A DNA stretch of 64,000 nt, from positions 71,860,001-71,924,000 of the forward strand of contig NC_087437.1 of NCBI RefSeq assembly GCF_036321535.1, in the 5' to 3' direction. This DNA comes from Camelus dromedarius (Eukaryota). The notes under the pieces are model-generated. The model did not search any database. It was not told the origin of the DNA and saw nothing but the letters and a program-made list of their open reading frames with translations. Both the position numbers and the translations under genes were made by a program. This document shows positions 23,905-37,839 of the stretch, one piece after another; positions within the stretch are counted from its first letter, which is position 1; each line of letters begins with the position of its first letter.

Positions 23905-25528
23905 GCTCCACGTGCCTGGATTCTTGGGTATGTGTCATGGCAAAATGGATAAAGGGGATGATCCGTTTTCAACAAGGTGGAAAAGACAAGGAACTCCCTC
24001 CTTGAATTATGCACATGTATTCTTTCCTCTCCTTGCTTCTCCAGATCCCTCCCTCCCCACTTTCCTTCTCTTAATCTCCAAAATTCTTCCCCCAGCATTC
24101 TCCAAGACCTATTTTTTCTCCACTCAATGACCATGTTAGCTTCCACCTTCCTATTGTCTTCATTCTAAGGCACAACTCAGGACTACCTGGGTTAGTGGTA
24201 CCTGGTGTCCACCCAGGGTACAGTACTCTTAATTCCCCAAGAGAGTGGGCCAGCCACCTTCCACTGCAGTGAAAACACTCCCTCTCCCCAGAGCCCCGAG
24301 TAGTGTATTGAGCTGTTTTTCAAAGATGGCTCCACATAGCACTCTCTCTGGCAATGTGGGATTCCAACGAGGAACGTGAAATTCTCACATTGGTTCTTCT
24401 ATATTCCTTTATATACCATTCATTGATCAGTAGCTCAAAAATGTCTCTTACCCCTTCGCAATGTCTTTTTCTAAGGACTTTTTCCTAGGACTCTCGATTC
24501 CCTCCATGTCTGGCCTTTGGATCATGCCCTGAACTCTGAGTAAACCAGTCAGAGCACAACAGAAAATAAAGAAGCTTGATGTCCTTACCAACATTATTTA
24601 GCCAAGAGAAAGACCCATGGCCTTGTACTTCCCTCTGTCCTAGGCTGTTCATGTGGCTGCTCATCTTTCTCATAGCGTTCAGACAGAATGCACATCACAG
24701 CGTAACTGAGAGGGCTTAACTCTGCCCCTGCACAAAGCACATTGTTGGCACCTCACATGTATGTTTATTGTTTTTATGGCACTTTGTATTAACATAATTA
24801 TGTTTATTATGACTCCCATAAGAACATCATATCTCTGAACTCTCCCCCTTTGTCTGGAGCAAGTTATTTGCCTAATTCCCCCCTCCCCTCTCTATTAGTT
24901 TCCCTGTCTTTGCCTCCCTCTCCCCATTCTAGCCCCCCAGCCATCTCGAAACAGAGTCTGGGCTTGCCATAGGGTGCTTTCTGCTCCTCTCCACTCTGTT
25001 CATAGTGAATTTCCCTCTGGCATCTTGCTTTCTTGGAGGTTCTCTGGGCCTCCATCAAGATGGAAGTATTTAGCATATTAATTATGTTGGGGGTGGCAGG
25101 CAGGGACTGTAGGTCTATATAAGTGGCCACATTACTAAGACTGTGCAGAGTAAACTGGAAGGAATGCCAGTGAGTGACATGAAGAAAGGATGCTCCCTCC
25201 TCAGCGTGCTGTGTCTGGACCACATGAACAGGGAGCTCCTTGGTGGTGAAGGATCTCTGGAAAGGATTGTGCTGAGAAAATTACTAAGTTGTAGACAAAG
25301 AGAAATAGGGACTTGATAATTTCCCCTCTGTTTTAATATAAATCTGTTTTCCTGATTATAAAATATGTTCACAGAAGAAAATTTAGAAAATAAGAAAAGC
25401 ACAAAGAAGGGGAAAATTACTTTAATCCCACTACCCAGGGATGACACTTTGAACAGAGTGAAGTGTTTTTTTCTGGTCATTCTTCTCTTGTTTTTGTTTC
25501 TCATCAATACAAATACACACTTGGTCTT

Positions 25529-25683
25529 CACTGAGTATATGATTCTAATTGGTCAGAACTGAAAGATGTTGAAAAGTGCAACATAAATGGATACCTTTAT
25601 TCAATATTTTGTACTTTTTTTTCTTATGCATTTGGTAATTTAGGCAAGAATCAGTTTCATCACTGATTCATCTGGTACTTTCA
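25529..25683. repeat. Diverged ~150-bp direct repeat, copy 2
   Basis: Collinear with 23751-23904. Confidence 0.75.
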
Positions 25684-28600
25684 TATTTTGCAAAATTTTG
25701 TTCATCGTATGTACAAATTGTTATCCTACATTTTACATTTAACATTCGAACATGATTATTTTCCCCATGTCATTAAATCTTCTCCAAAAGTTCGACTTAA
25801 ACAGCTGTGTACTATTCAAAGAAAGATTGTTGTTTATTCAACCACTCTCCTATTGTCATCTATTCAAATTATTTCTATTTTTATTATGATCATGCATCAC
25901 AGTTCACTAAACATCTTGTTATAAATCTTCACAATTCTGATTATTTTCTAAAGGTAAATTCCTATGAGTAGAAGTTTTGGATCAACGAATAGAACATTTT
26001 AAAGGCTTTTAGTTGATCTTGCAAAATTGTCCCCTAGGTACTCCAATCTAAATTTTCATCTCTCAGCTCTCGACAACGAGATCATCATACACAAGGCTCC
26101 AAATGGAGACTTGATTGAATTATCCAGTTTGGATGACTGTACAGACCAGATAAAACAAACAACTGCCAAGTATTCACTACAGTGGAGACAATGCTCTTGG
26201 GAAGAGTGGAACAGTAATTGCTCGCTATGGGAGCTCAATTTTATGTATGGTCTTATTTAACCTTTCCAACAACCCTCCGAGAAATAAGCTAACTAATTGA
26301 GCATCTACTTCCCACAGTCTCTGTGGTGGATTCTGTGTGTACATGTGATCTGGAATCCCCATAGCAACCCTTTCCTGTAGGTTTGATTATCTCCATTTTA
26401 CAGATACAGAAAATTAAGTAATTTGCCTAAGAGCACTAACAACTAAGGGGTGGTAGTAATTCCAAAACCCAAAGTTTTTCAAGTGCAACATATCGCTTCT
26501 CTGCAACTTTTCCATGAGTTACAGGTTACTTAGTTGAATAAAAAATATTTAGAAGATGCTTGAATTTTCGCAAACTGTTGAGGAATCTTTTGTGGCCTTC
26601 CAAATGACTGTTTTGTTGTTTTTCCCAAAGGGCATCTAAGTGCATTCAAAGAGTTAAGGTAACTTACTAGTAACTTACTAATTGGAATTAATAGAAGAGT
26701 CCAAGGATTGTATACCTTAAGAGAATGCAGTTCTGATGTATGAGCTAAGATATTTAGATTAAAGGCTAGATATTAAAATTCGCAGCACTAACAGTAATTA
26801 GTAAATTGGCTTTTGTATACATGCCTATTCCAAAAGCTAATGTTTGGGTAAGGACGTTTTATCTTGATCACAGGTGCTAAAAATAAAATATTTGTGCATT
26901 CAACTTCCTAATTTCAAATTCTAGCTGTTGAATTATGAAGTTTTTATTTATTAAAGCAATATCTCAAAACATTTTCAAAACAAATACAAACTTAATTCAT
27001 TAATTGATGACTGGGAAAACCAGCCCTCATTGGCTCTTTAGTGGGCCATTAACTAGTTATCTGAGTTGGCCTAGCTCTCCATGCTGGGTGTCACAAGGGC
27101 TGCCAGAGAAGGAATGTGCACAGTTGTTCCAAAATATCTGATGACTGAATGAAGAATGATGAATGCAAGTATAAGACTGACCTCTGCAACAATTAGTAAA
27201 CAATGCAAGACAGCATGTAATTAAACCCTAAACTGCATGATTGAGGCAGAATTACAGGCGAGCCCGGTACAATGCCATCTACTCCCCACTTAAGTTGAGC
27301 TGGCTGGGACTGACTTGTCTCACCCAGTGCTGCCAACTCAGGTGTTCCTACTGGCCATGTGTTCCTTGACTTTAAGGAATCAGTCTCCAGATCCCCTTGA
27401 GCCTGCCTACAGACAAGGGTACCCAAAAGGGAGGAAGACAAAAAAGTGAGATTGTGGGATCCAGACAAATCTGGGTTTGGATTCAGTCTTAAACTGTAAG
27501 AGCTTGGATTCTCTGAATCCCACTTTCTTTATCTGTGAAAATTCGAAATAGTATGTGTGAAGTACCTCTCTCAGTATATGACTTTTAGTGAGTCATCTGG
27601 TAAAACTATACCAGTTGTTTATGGCTAGCACTTGTTCTGATTGGTCAGTTCCAATGCTTTGACCATCACCTTACATATATACATATATACATACATATAT
27701 ATGTATACACACACACACACACATATATATTTAATATAACTCTTGGTGGGCACTCCATAAGTGGTAGCTATAGTAGTAAAAGTGTGAGTCAGAGGTGAAG
27801 CTAGGACAGAGAAGTAGAAAATAGGGTATTCCAAGGCCATTTCTGTGCCCCATGCAGCATGCTTGATTTTGCACACTCCTTAAGCCTCAGACAAATGGAA
27901 TCTGTCTATTGACACTGAGTCCTGAGACTCCACTTTTCCAAGATATGAGTCTCTGAAGCAAGCACAGACCCCATTTAGTCCCTCATGAAACCCTTACCTT
28001 CACCAACTCCCTCCATCCTTCCCCCTGCCCCAAACTCCCTCACGTGTTGGGCTGAGAAACTTGGATCCTGGAGCTGCCAGGCTCCAGCTGTTTGATATTG
28101 TGTGGCTGATGGCAGCAGAGGGCAGGGGGTGAGAGACTCCAGATGAAAGCAAAATCTCAAAGAGAACTAGACCTCAGAGCTTTGACTCCAAACTCAGTGG
28201 GTAACAGCCTCCGTTAAATTTGTTCAGTCAGCCGTTTAAGAGGGAAGGAGTTTCTCACACATCCTGTAAGGGTGTTTAGCCATGAGATGCTTCCAGGGAG
28301 GGGAATTAACATCCCAGGGATTGAGCAGGTCAGAAGCAAATGCCAAAGCTGCCATTGTGAGCTTAGAAACAGGTAGTGTGCTGACTTCTTTTGCTCCCAG
28401 TATATTATTTTCTTTCTCCTTCGTGAGTTACTGGGGATTTACTAGGACTTTAGTCACAGCAAGAGAAAATTAGCTATGCCCCACTTTAATTCCACTCCAC
28501 CCCAATTTTGGGGTTCTGGGGAACAGCCTGAAGGGCAGAGGCCCCGAGGAAGAAAGGAGAGTTGAGAGGAAGACAGAGATGATGGGCTGATGGCATTGCA

Positions 28601-28889
28601 GGAGTCTCACCACTACCTCTCCAACTCAGAATCCGAACCCAGTTTCATCTTCTTTGCCTTCTAGTGATTGGATTCATCAACTAGGAAATAGAATCATTTG
28701 AGGCTTGATGGGTCCCGTTGGAGAAGAACCTTTCTTATGAACCTCTACCTGGGATAAGGAAGGAGTAAAACAATGAATCATACAACCCACTGATTTCTTC
28801 ATTCCCTTAAAAAAAAAAATCTATAAATCTTGTCCTTACTTATCCAGGAGAGGTGAAGACACCATCAGTCCTGTCATTACCTTAAAGTT

Positions 28890-29400
28890 TCTGAGTGGCT
28901 CCTAGGTCCCTTGATATAAGGGGACAAGTGCTCCCTGCTCTGATCCAGCCCACCTCTCCAGCCTGGCTGCCCAGTGGTCCACCTACCTGTATCCTGTGCT
29001 GCAGCATCTCTTGGTCCTTCCTCAAAGCATCACATGTTCTCATGCTTCCCAGCCTACCCAATTTCTGTCTTCTCTAACTTAATCCCCTTCTTCTCCTTTG
29101 CACTCACTTCTACTTCCTCTTTAAGATTTCCCTTTCGCATCACTTCCTCTTGGAAAATTTGCCTGAACCTCCCCTCCCTACCTCCACTTGTCCTTCCAAG
29201 GAACCCCCTTCTTCCCTTTACTGTAGCATCTACTCTGAGCATTGTAATTGTAACTGAGGGTCCATCTGACTTCTCTTGACTGAAATATTTTCAAGCACCA
29301 AGGCAATTCCTGCTTCATCTTTGCATTCCCAGTGCTTAGCATGATACCTGGCACAAAGTGAGTGCCCACTATAGAAATACCTGAATGAAGAATTAATAAA
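28890..29400 (+). mobile_element. L2 3' remnant
   Basis: Ends cccagtgcttagcatgatacctggcacaaagtgagtgccca...tgaatgaa. Confidence 0.6.
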
Positions 29401-30172
29401 ATCAAGGATCTCTGTCACAGTAGTTGAAGCCAAATGGATCTATGTAGTCTGGAATGTTGAAAGGATACCAATAACTGGTACTGCACCTGAGGTGACATCA
29501 ATGTTAGGAAACCCAAAACCAGGCTCTTACCTAAAGCACGTAAAGACTGGTTTGTCTTAAGTTTAAAGTTGGATAGTTATTATTTAGTATTTTGCATTTA
29601 GATGCTAATGGCAAGTTTGAAATGATAGCATATGACTGACTTTTAGCTGTATTTTTTTTTTACTTTTTATTGTGGGATAATTATAGATCCATGAGTTGTA
29701 AGATATAATACACAGAGATTTCCCCCTACCTACAGCATGGTATCTAGCCTAACTGTAGTACAACATATTAATCAAAGATACCTTAACAATATCTTAATTG
29801 ACTCTGACATAATCATTGGCTTTATTCAGAGTTTGCCAGTTTTACTTGCACACTCATTTGTGAGTAGCTGTATATTTTAAAAATGACTTCTAAGTTATTG
29901 TACCTGTGCAGCCCAGCCCCTGAAAGTAAGAGTCTCAGTAAGAGTCAGGACCATGGCCAGTTGGTCCCAAAAAGAAAGGGCTTGGGTCTTTTCCAAAAAG
30001 TTTATGGCAACAGGATTCATTCCTGACCCAGTCTCTGCTTTGCACCCTTTTTGAATCCTCTTTGAATGTCTTGTTCCTCCTCTGACAGGTCAAGAAAGGA
30101 CCCAGATTCTGGAGGATGCATGATGAATTGGAACATTTCCACCTACCCTTTTCTGCCATTGGTCAACACACT

Positions 30173-30784
30173 CAGGGGTGGGCTATAACATTTGCAGAGT
30201 CCAGGGCAAAATAAAAATGGAGGGTCCCAGTCAGGAGTCAGGAAGTCAATCTCCCCTTACCATATCCACAGCAGAAAGGTGACCCCCAAGGAGCTGTAAC
30301 TTCCACACCAAGACACACTAGGGGACGGGCTAGAGGCCCACGTCCAATTGTCTACTGAAAGTGCTGTGGACCTGCTGGCCTAGGGTGGGGACAGCCACTG
30401 CCGTGCCCTTCTCTGAGATGCAGTGGGGTACACACTGTACCCCAACCCTCCCCACACTTATGACCAGGCCCCCACCAGGGGCAGAGGGCAACTGAGGAGC
30501 AGGTATGGGGAGTGGGTAGCTGGGGCAGGCTGGTGCACCAGGGTTCAAAGGACTGGATGGCTGAGAACTTATCCCAGGGAGGCAGTGGGAGGCAGGGCTG
30601 CATGTAAGCTGAGACTCCAGTCCTCCACTGTATGCTTCATTGTCTAGTCGAACTTCATGTACAAAACACAAATTCAAAGACAGAATTTCAAGATGGTGGC
30701 TCCAGAGATTAAAGCCGAGCAAGAAGCCCTTCTGTGCACAAGACTCTGTGTGACTGCACTGGCCACACGCCTGTGAAACTGCTG
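30173..30784 (-). mobile_element. MER45-family (hAT-Tip100) DNA transposon, long variant
   Basis: Ends match the reverse MER45 termini: cagggg...atttgcagagtccagggcaaaataaaaatggagggtccc and aatttcaagatggtggc...gcccttctg...gtgactgcactggccacacgcctgtgaa. Confidence 0.7.
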
Positions 30785-31059
30785 AACATGTCAAACTCAA
30801 ACCTACCTGAAACTGCAACTTTCTACTCTCCCTTGGGACTGGAAGCCTCTCCTCTCTTCTATAGTAGGGTCTAGGAATAATAGCACGGAGCAGTGAAACT
30901 TTCTTATATTTGATCCCTCCTCGATGAATATGAGTAATATTAGCAAAGCCCCACTTATTTAACAGGAAAAAAAAATCTGCTTCTTTCTCTATTTTTTACA
31001 TTTGTCTGAAGCAAAGCAAAAAAAAGTTCATCTTAAACTGCCTTAGCGAGTAACAGCAT

Positions 31060-31960
31060 GATCATTCTAGCTGTCTGAAAAACCTGCGAATCATTTTTGG
31101 TGCCTCCTTTTTCATCACTCTTTTCATTCAATAGTCACTAACTCCTCCAGTGCCACATCCAAAGTCTGCCCAGAATTCATTACCTGCCTTCAGTCCCCTC
31201 TGCAACTGACCTAATCCAGACCATCATCATTTCTCATGTGGAACATCACAAAAGCCTCTTGATTAATGTCCCTACTTCCCATCTGCCTCCATTGCTGGTC
31301 CGTTTTCCACATTACCGATGGAGACATCTTTAGAAACGGCAAACCTGATTATGCCCTATTGCTCCCTCCCTCCTCCTGAAATTGTTTGGTGACCTCACCA
31401 CTTTCAGGATGAAATTAAACTCCTTAGCAAAGCACACAAAACCTTTCACACAGTCCCTAGCAAGTATCTCCTCAATATGACTGCCTACCATTCCCCACTC
31501 CTGACCCTATGCACTCCCTCAGCATATAGAACTTCCTTAGAATGTTCCAGATGGTTCATTTCTCTGTGCCTTTGTGTATGTGGTGCCCTTGCTCGGAGGG
31601 CCTTTACTGATTTCTGCACGAAACTCCTACTAGTCCTGCAAACCTGCAAAGCTTAGCTCAGTTGTTAGCTCCTCCGGTCCTCCTTGCCCACCTATCCTGC
31701 CCAGCATGTGAGAGGTGCCTGTTAACCAAGGACCCACACCACTTGGTGTTACCCCTCATCACAGCACTTCCTGCACTGCTTCAATAATTATTTCAGGCTG
31801 TCATGTTTCTCATCCACAGGGGATGCCATTCACACTGTGGTGTATTTTCAATTTTCCTCACTTGATGTGAAGCTCTTGAAGTGAGGTCCTCAGCCTTAAT
31901 CACCATGCACAACTTCTGGGATAAGGTAGGTACTGGGTAGCTGTTTGCTGAAGAAAGGAA
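31060..31960 (+). mobile_element. L2 remnant
   Basis: ctaatccagaccatcatcatttctcatgtgga...aaacctgattatg...aaactccttagc...tgaagctcttga. Confidence 0.6.
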
Positions 31961-34900
31961 GAAAAGAAAAAAAGGAGAGAGGAAGAGCTGCTGCTGCCAG
32001 CATGTAATATTTCTTTCTCTCTCGACCCTGGCCCCACACACCCCACCCTCACTAGCTGTTTAACATCTTAAGAGCCTATATAGATCGACAGCACCGCCAA
32101 TCTGACTGCACAGAGTTGTGTTGCTTAAGTGATGGAAAATAATGATCTGACCAGATCTGAAGCAATGGCTGCATACAGACACAGCTTGGCTCCTCAGCTT
32201 GGGGCTTTTGATTTGAAACACAGAGATGCTGATATTTACCTCCCTCAGGAGCAGAAAAAGGACATTAATGGGAATACTGATACAATCGAAATACAGTCCA
32301 TAGTTTACAGTTCTGTAAGGATGTTGGTTTCTTAGTTTTGATTATTGAACTTGGTTGTTAGATCTAGGTGATAACAATAGGGAAACTGGGTAAGGGTATA
32401 AGAAAACTCACTGTATTATCTTTGCAACTTTTCTGTAAAGTTATGTAAAATACAAAGTTGAAAAAATGAGTGGGGACCATACAGGTAAGAAGGGAGAGGG
32501 AAATGAGAGAGAAAACAGGGAAAGGCATGTTGGAAGTTCTCTGAGAGTGAACAAAATTCACTGTGGGGTGGAAGAGAGTTCAGAATAGCTCAACAGAGCT
32601 GGGAGGTGGAAAATGTTTTTGTAGTTTTGTTTTTTTTTTAACATAATGGAAAAAAATCACAGTTTCTCATTTTAAGTCACTCACTTAAAAACCAGAGGGC
32701 CATTTGAGCAGCCATGGGCTAGTGCTGGCCTTCACAAGTGTTAAGGCCTGTTCTGGAGCTGGGAACAGCACCTCCAGGACTTGCTTTGGATGTTTCAAAA
32801 CAGTGAGTGCTTGGCTAGGGGTCAGGGGCCAGGAGCCAGGTTGGGGTCATGGGCCGGGAGCCAGGTTGGGGTCACCTGGAGACCCTGGGCACTTGTAGCC
32901 CACAAACATCTTAAATAGGGAAGTCAAATCTCAGATTTGCTTCATTGAGCATGGATACATCACAAGGGGGCTAGGAGTTTGGGTCTAAATGTTGAAGGGC
33001 ATCTGTTACCACAGTGAAGCTGACCATGCCACCTGGCCTGGGCCAAGTCCCTGAGCCATGCCTTCCCCTAAGTTGAGCTCAAGTGAGTCTTGCCACGTTT
33101 GTCTCTGGGATGATGGCCAACTTCCCTTTCTGCTTGCCACACACTTTCTTAGACGCGTCAAGACATCTTACGCGTTCGGAAGCCATTCTACCTATAAGGT
33201 GATCTGGGCTCGGTCTGGTTGTCTATTAGAGTTAACTTTATAGTTTCATTCTCATAGGCAACCTTGTTAGTTGACCAGCAACTTAGACCCGGTTTCCATG
33301 ACCTCACCCACCACTCTTTCTGTGAAAAATATTTGAAATGACCAAAATGTTGAGGCAGTGAGCTGTGAAGCTGAGCTACAGCACAGTGTGGAGGTAGGAG
33401 ATGGATAACTGACATATCTACCTTCCCACTGGATTCCTGGGGTCCCTGCAGCCCCTGTGAGATCACGACTCTTGGCATAAGAAGACCTGAGCCTGGCTCC
33501 CGATGCCACAATTTCCAGCTTTATTGATTTAAACAAATCACGAAGCTTTAGAGTTTATTTTCTCATCTGTAAAATGGGGGTAATAATAATACCCATCTCA
33601 CAAGATTATTTCAAGAATCAGTAGAGATGTTATATGTGAAAGTACTTTTCAAAGGGGAAAACCCTTTACAAATGTTAATTTTAATTTCACTGTCCCAACA
33701 CAATGAAACATATGGCATTTTTTAATGTTAAAAAAATCCATAGACATAAATTTTTAGAAACAAATAATTTCTGTAAAGCAATCATTTTTATTTTTTAACT
33801 GAAAACATATTTTTCAGGACTTAGCTGTGTAGTCAGATGTGTGACACGGCAATTCTTTTCTATGGCATCCTTAGCAGTGTGAGCGCAGCCTGGTTGCCAG
33901 GACCATACAAACAGAAGGCTGTTGATCATTAGTCTGTGTACAACACAGCACTTGGGCATCTCACTTGGAACTCGCTTTTTAACTTGTTTCAAGAGGTGGC
34001 GCTTAGAACTGAAAAGAGTATTGTATGCCTGAATGAGTGCACCAAAACGGCAGGCCAGGCTCGGGTGTGGACACCCACTTATGTGTGCAACTGCCTTTTT
34101 ACCTAATTAATCCTCTCCTTGCAAGCCTGAACGCGGCCTGTGAACTTCGCATTTCACTGGTAACTAGAACTCTGGGTCCTACAAAACCTGGCAGCTTTAA
34201 TGGAACGTTATTTGTTCAGGGCCCTTGAAGCAATGATATCTAATGGAGCAGAAGCAAAGAGAAAATGCCCTGAGCTTTAGTAAGAACAGTTGATTTCCAT
34301 CACAGATCTGGCCCTGTCACTCCCCTGCTTAGAAACCCTGGAGGGCTCCCCTCCTGGACAGAGTCCAAACTCTTCTCAACCAACCCTGGTCTCATCTTTC
34401 CACACACTCAGCCACTCCCACTGCCCCCACCACCCACATCCCCAGCCTGCGCTTCTCAAAGCCTGCTTGGCAGGCTACCTGTAAGCAAATAAACTGGCAG
34501 TGTTTGTGTAAAATGCAGATATCCCCGCTGGCCCTCAGGGCTACTGAATCTGAATTTCTGAGTGTAGAGACCTCAGGACTTTGCCAGTCAAAACTAGCTC
34601 CTCCAGCGACTCTTAGAGACAGATGAGGATGGGAGCCCCTGATCTAGCCATGCTCAGCAAACTCTGTTCCTTTGACTCAGTGTACATATTATTTCTCAGT
34701 CCCTCTGTCTTATTCGTCTTCTCTCCACAAACTTCCTGAGGTAAGCTTCCTTTATTGAGTACCTTCTGCGTGGCAAATGATGCCTGTAGGTGAAGGCTTC
34801 AAGGCCCAGCTCATATTTATGGCTTCTCCGGGGCCTTTCCTGATCCCTCTCAAACAATGACCAAAAATAACTGAGCATTTAACTATCAGGTTTCACATGC

Positions 34901-35556
34901 AAAGAGGAAATAGAAATGAATTGATTTAGTCTCTGTCCTCAAGATGCTCACTCAGTGACTGTGCTCTCATACCTCCATCCTTCTAGTCTCTCAGCTGAGG
35001 GACTAGACTCAGAACCGCATTCCCGGGAGAGCCTGAGGGGCCGGCCAGTCTGCATGGGGAGGCTCTCTGGGCAGTAAGATATGCAGGCGCCGTTATCCCA
35101 GCAGGCCTTTCCTTTCAAAAACCTCTCTCACTGGGGGAATGCCAGAGTGCTTTCCTAGTAGGTGTGATTTGGGCACAGGTTTTACAGCGGGTAAAACTGA
35201 GGCTCCGGTGCCCTGAATCTCCTCCTCTAGGTCTTGGAGTAAGTAAGCTGTGGCAGGACTGAGTACTTCTCTGAGCTGTGCTCGAAGGGGTGCCCCGCAC
35301 GTCCTCAGCCCTTCCTTAATGAGCTCCGAGTGAGAGATGAATCAGTGAACGCTCCATCTGCTTTATAATCTTCTACAAAAATAAACCACCTCTGACAGAA
35401 CTAGCCTGGAGCCTGAGTCTCTGCTCTTCTGTTGAATGTCCCTCACATTCTGAGACTTCGAGCTTACTCATTTTAGGGGGCGGTCCCTTGTTCTCTTTTC
35501 AGATTTTTAGCTTTAATTTGTCCCAACTGTATTGTCCCCTTAATTTTGCAAATTAA

Positions 35557-35695
35557 TTTCTTTAATGACTTTTTTTGGGGGAGGGGGAGTAATTAGGTTT
35601 ACTTTTTAACTCATTTTTAATGGAGGTGCTGGAGATTGAACCCAGGACCTTGAGCTTGCTAAGCATGCACTCTACTACTGAGCTATACCTGCCCC
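35557..35695 (-). mobile_element. Vic-1-type SINE
   Basis: gtaattaggttta...gattgaacccaggacct...gctaagcatgcactctactactgagctatacc; TSD TGCAAATTAA (35547-35556/35696-35705). Confidence 0.9.
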
Positions 35696-37049
35696 TGCAA
35701 ATTAAATTTTTTTTTCTTCCTAGGTTTTTTCCTTGGTGCTTTCAAAGTTTCTTTTTCTTCTCTTACCTTATTTCCTTTCTCTCCCCACCACTCCCCCCTC
35801 TCCTTCCCTGTGGCCCACATCCTGAGCATGAATGCAGGCAGGATTAGTCCAGCAGGGAACATGCTGTCTGAGACCCATGACAGACACACTAAAGCGTGCA
35901 GCGGTGATAAAAGGCCGCTCTGATGGGCTCTGTCAGGAACCCCTCAGAAACACTGAGGGAAAACATTTGCTAACGCCTTTCCTGGCTCCAGGCCCTCAGG
36001 CCCTACAGCCAGATCACCCCTAGAAGAGCCAAGGGAGAAAAGCAGAGAGACTAGAAAGTCTCCTTCCCTCACAGGCACCCTGCACAACAGACTTTTCCCC
36101 AGAGCCCAGACTCTTTGGCTCTTTACCTGAAAAGCCCCCTGACTTAAAACTGTGAGTGGCCACGAACTTTGATTTAAGCCCTGGGTTGTTGAAGGAATGC
36201 CACAAGGCATCTTAGGAGAGAAGACTGGGTACCTCTTTCTGGCTTGCAAAGAAAAAGACGACTGACAGGAAAAAAGATCCCCTTAAAGCATGTCTAGTCC
36301 AACATCCAAGGTGTGTGTGTATGTGCACATACGTGTGTGCGTGAATGTACAAACATACTAGTGCATCTGTCTTCTAGTTCCCTTCTAGGTACATCCAATT
36401 AAAAAGGATCTGCCCAGCTCAGAGAGTTTGTGGGTGTGTAGGACAAGAAACAGCACTTGATTTATTACCTAGTGAATCTGGTCTACTTATAGCACAATCT
36501 TTTACCCAGATTGACCTAATTAACCAAACAAATAATGATTGATAGACTCCGTGTAGAGGAAATATAAAGATCAAAATAATTCTCCGTATTTACTCATGTT
36601 TACACTTTTGTCCCCTTGGATTTATTTTTTTCCCCTAGACCCACCGCCATCCTGAATACTTCCACAGTAGTCACACCAGCCTGTCTGGACAGTGATCACC
36701 TTCCTCGTTTCATAGGGCTGCAGCCTGGTTATTTAAACACTGTCCCACTGGTACTGTCTGTCTCTGGCTCTCCCTCTCACCCCTTGATTTTTCATCTCTC
36801 CAGCTCCAATATCCAGGTAGGCAGGGGCCCCAGCCAGGCTAATGGCTGACTGTTGGGGTCTTTTGAGATAATAATACAGGCTGGATTTCACAACCTCAGT
36901 TCAAATGCTCTCACTTCTAGAGAGCCTGAATTTTAGCCCTTTTCCAATTAGCACTTTAGCATAAATTAGATTTACCTGGTTGATACTAAGGTGATAAGTT
37001 GCAGGGCTTTAAAGCCTTCCTAGAGAAAAATAAGGTAGTACTAACATCC

Positions 37050-37770
37050 AATCATTCACCAAATAATATTTGAATGCTATCAAGTACCAAACTCTAAATG
37101 CAGTGGGTAGAGGTCTGCATGGCAACCTTTGAAGGGGACTACTTCTTAAAAAGAGAGAAAAGCAAATACAGTCATTTTGTTTGAACAAATAATCCCTGAA
37201 TTCTTATCATCTGCCAGCCATTCTGCTTGGTCATGGAGACATGGGTGAATAAAGCAGGTCTCTTCCCTCAGAAGCTCATCTAGGCCCTCGGTGATGGATC
37301 CTCCGAGAGAGGGTCAGCCAGTGGTCTGGGAGATCCCAGAACTGGAAGCCTGAGGGAGAGTCATGTGGAGGGAGGAGACAAATCAATGAAGTCTTCCAGA
37401 AGGAGGTAGCATGTTAGCTGTGGTGTGAATAAAGAGGGTGAAAAATAAGACTTTGAGCTGGAGAGATGGGCAGTAGGGATATTCCAGAAGGAAGACGCAA
37501 TCTGATAAATGACATAAAGTTGCTTAGAGGACAGACTATTGAGAATTTTCAATGGTAGACAAATTTAGGTTTTCTTTTACAGTCATTAGGGAGCATTAGC
37601 GATTTGGAGGAAATTGATATGATTAGAGTTATGGTTTGTGGGCAAAGGTAGAGAAGCTAAAGGACTAGTCAGTTAATTGTAATAATGTAGATGAGATGCA
37701 GTGAGAGTCAGAATTGAATAGTGTGGGTGGGAATTAAGAGAATAGTTGAATATGAGAGATACTAATTTCT
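37050..37770 (-). mobile_element. L2 remnants
   Basis: atcattcaccaaataatatttgaatgcta...; gaagtcttccagaaggaggtagcatgttagctg; ttgtaataatgtagatgagatgcagtgagag. Confidence 0.5.
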
Positions 37771-37839
37771 AACTGATGTGTGTTCTAGGTGGTAGTAAAG
37801 CCATAATTGGGGCTTTAGAGAATAATAACATTAAGATAG

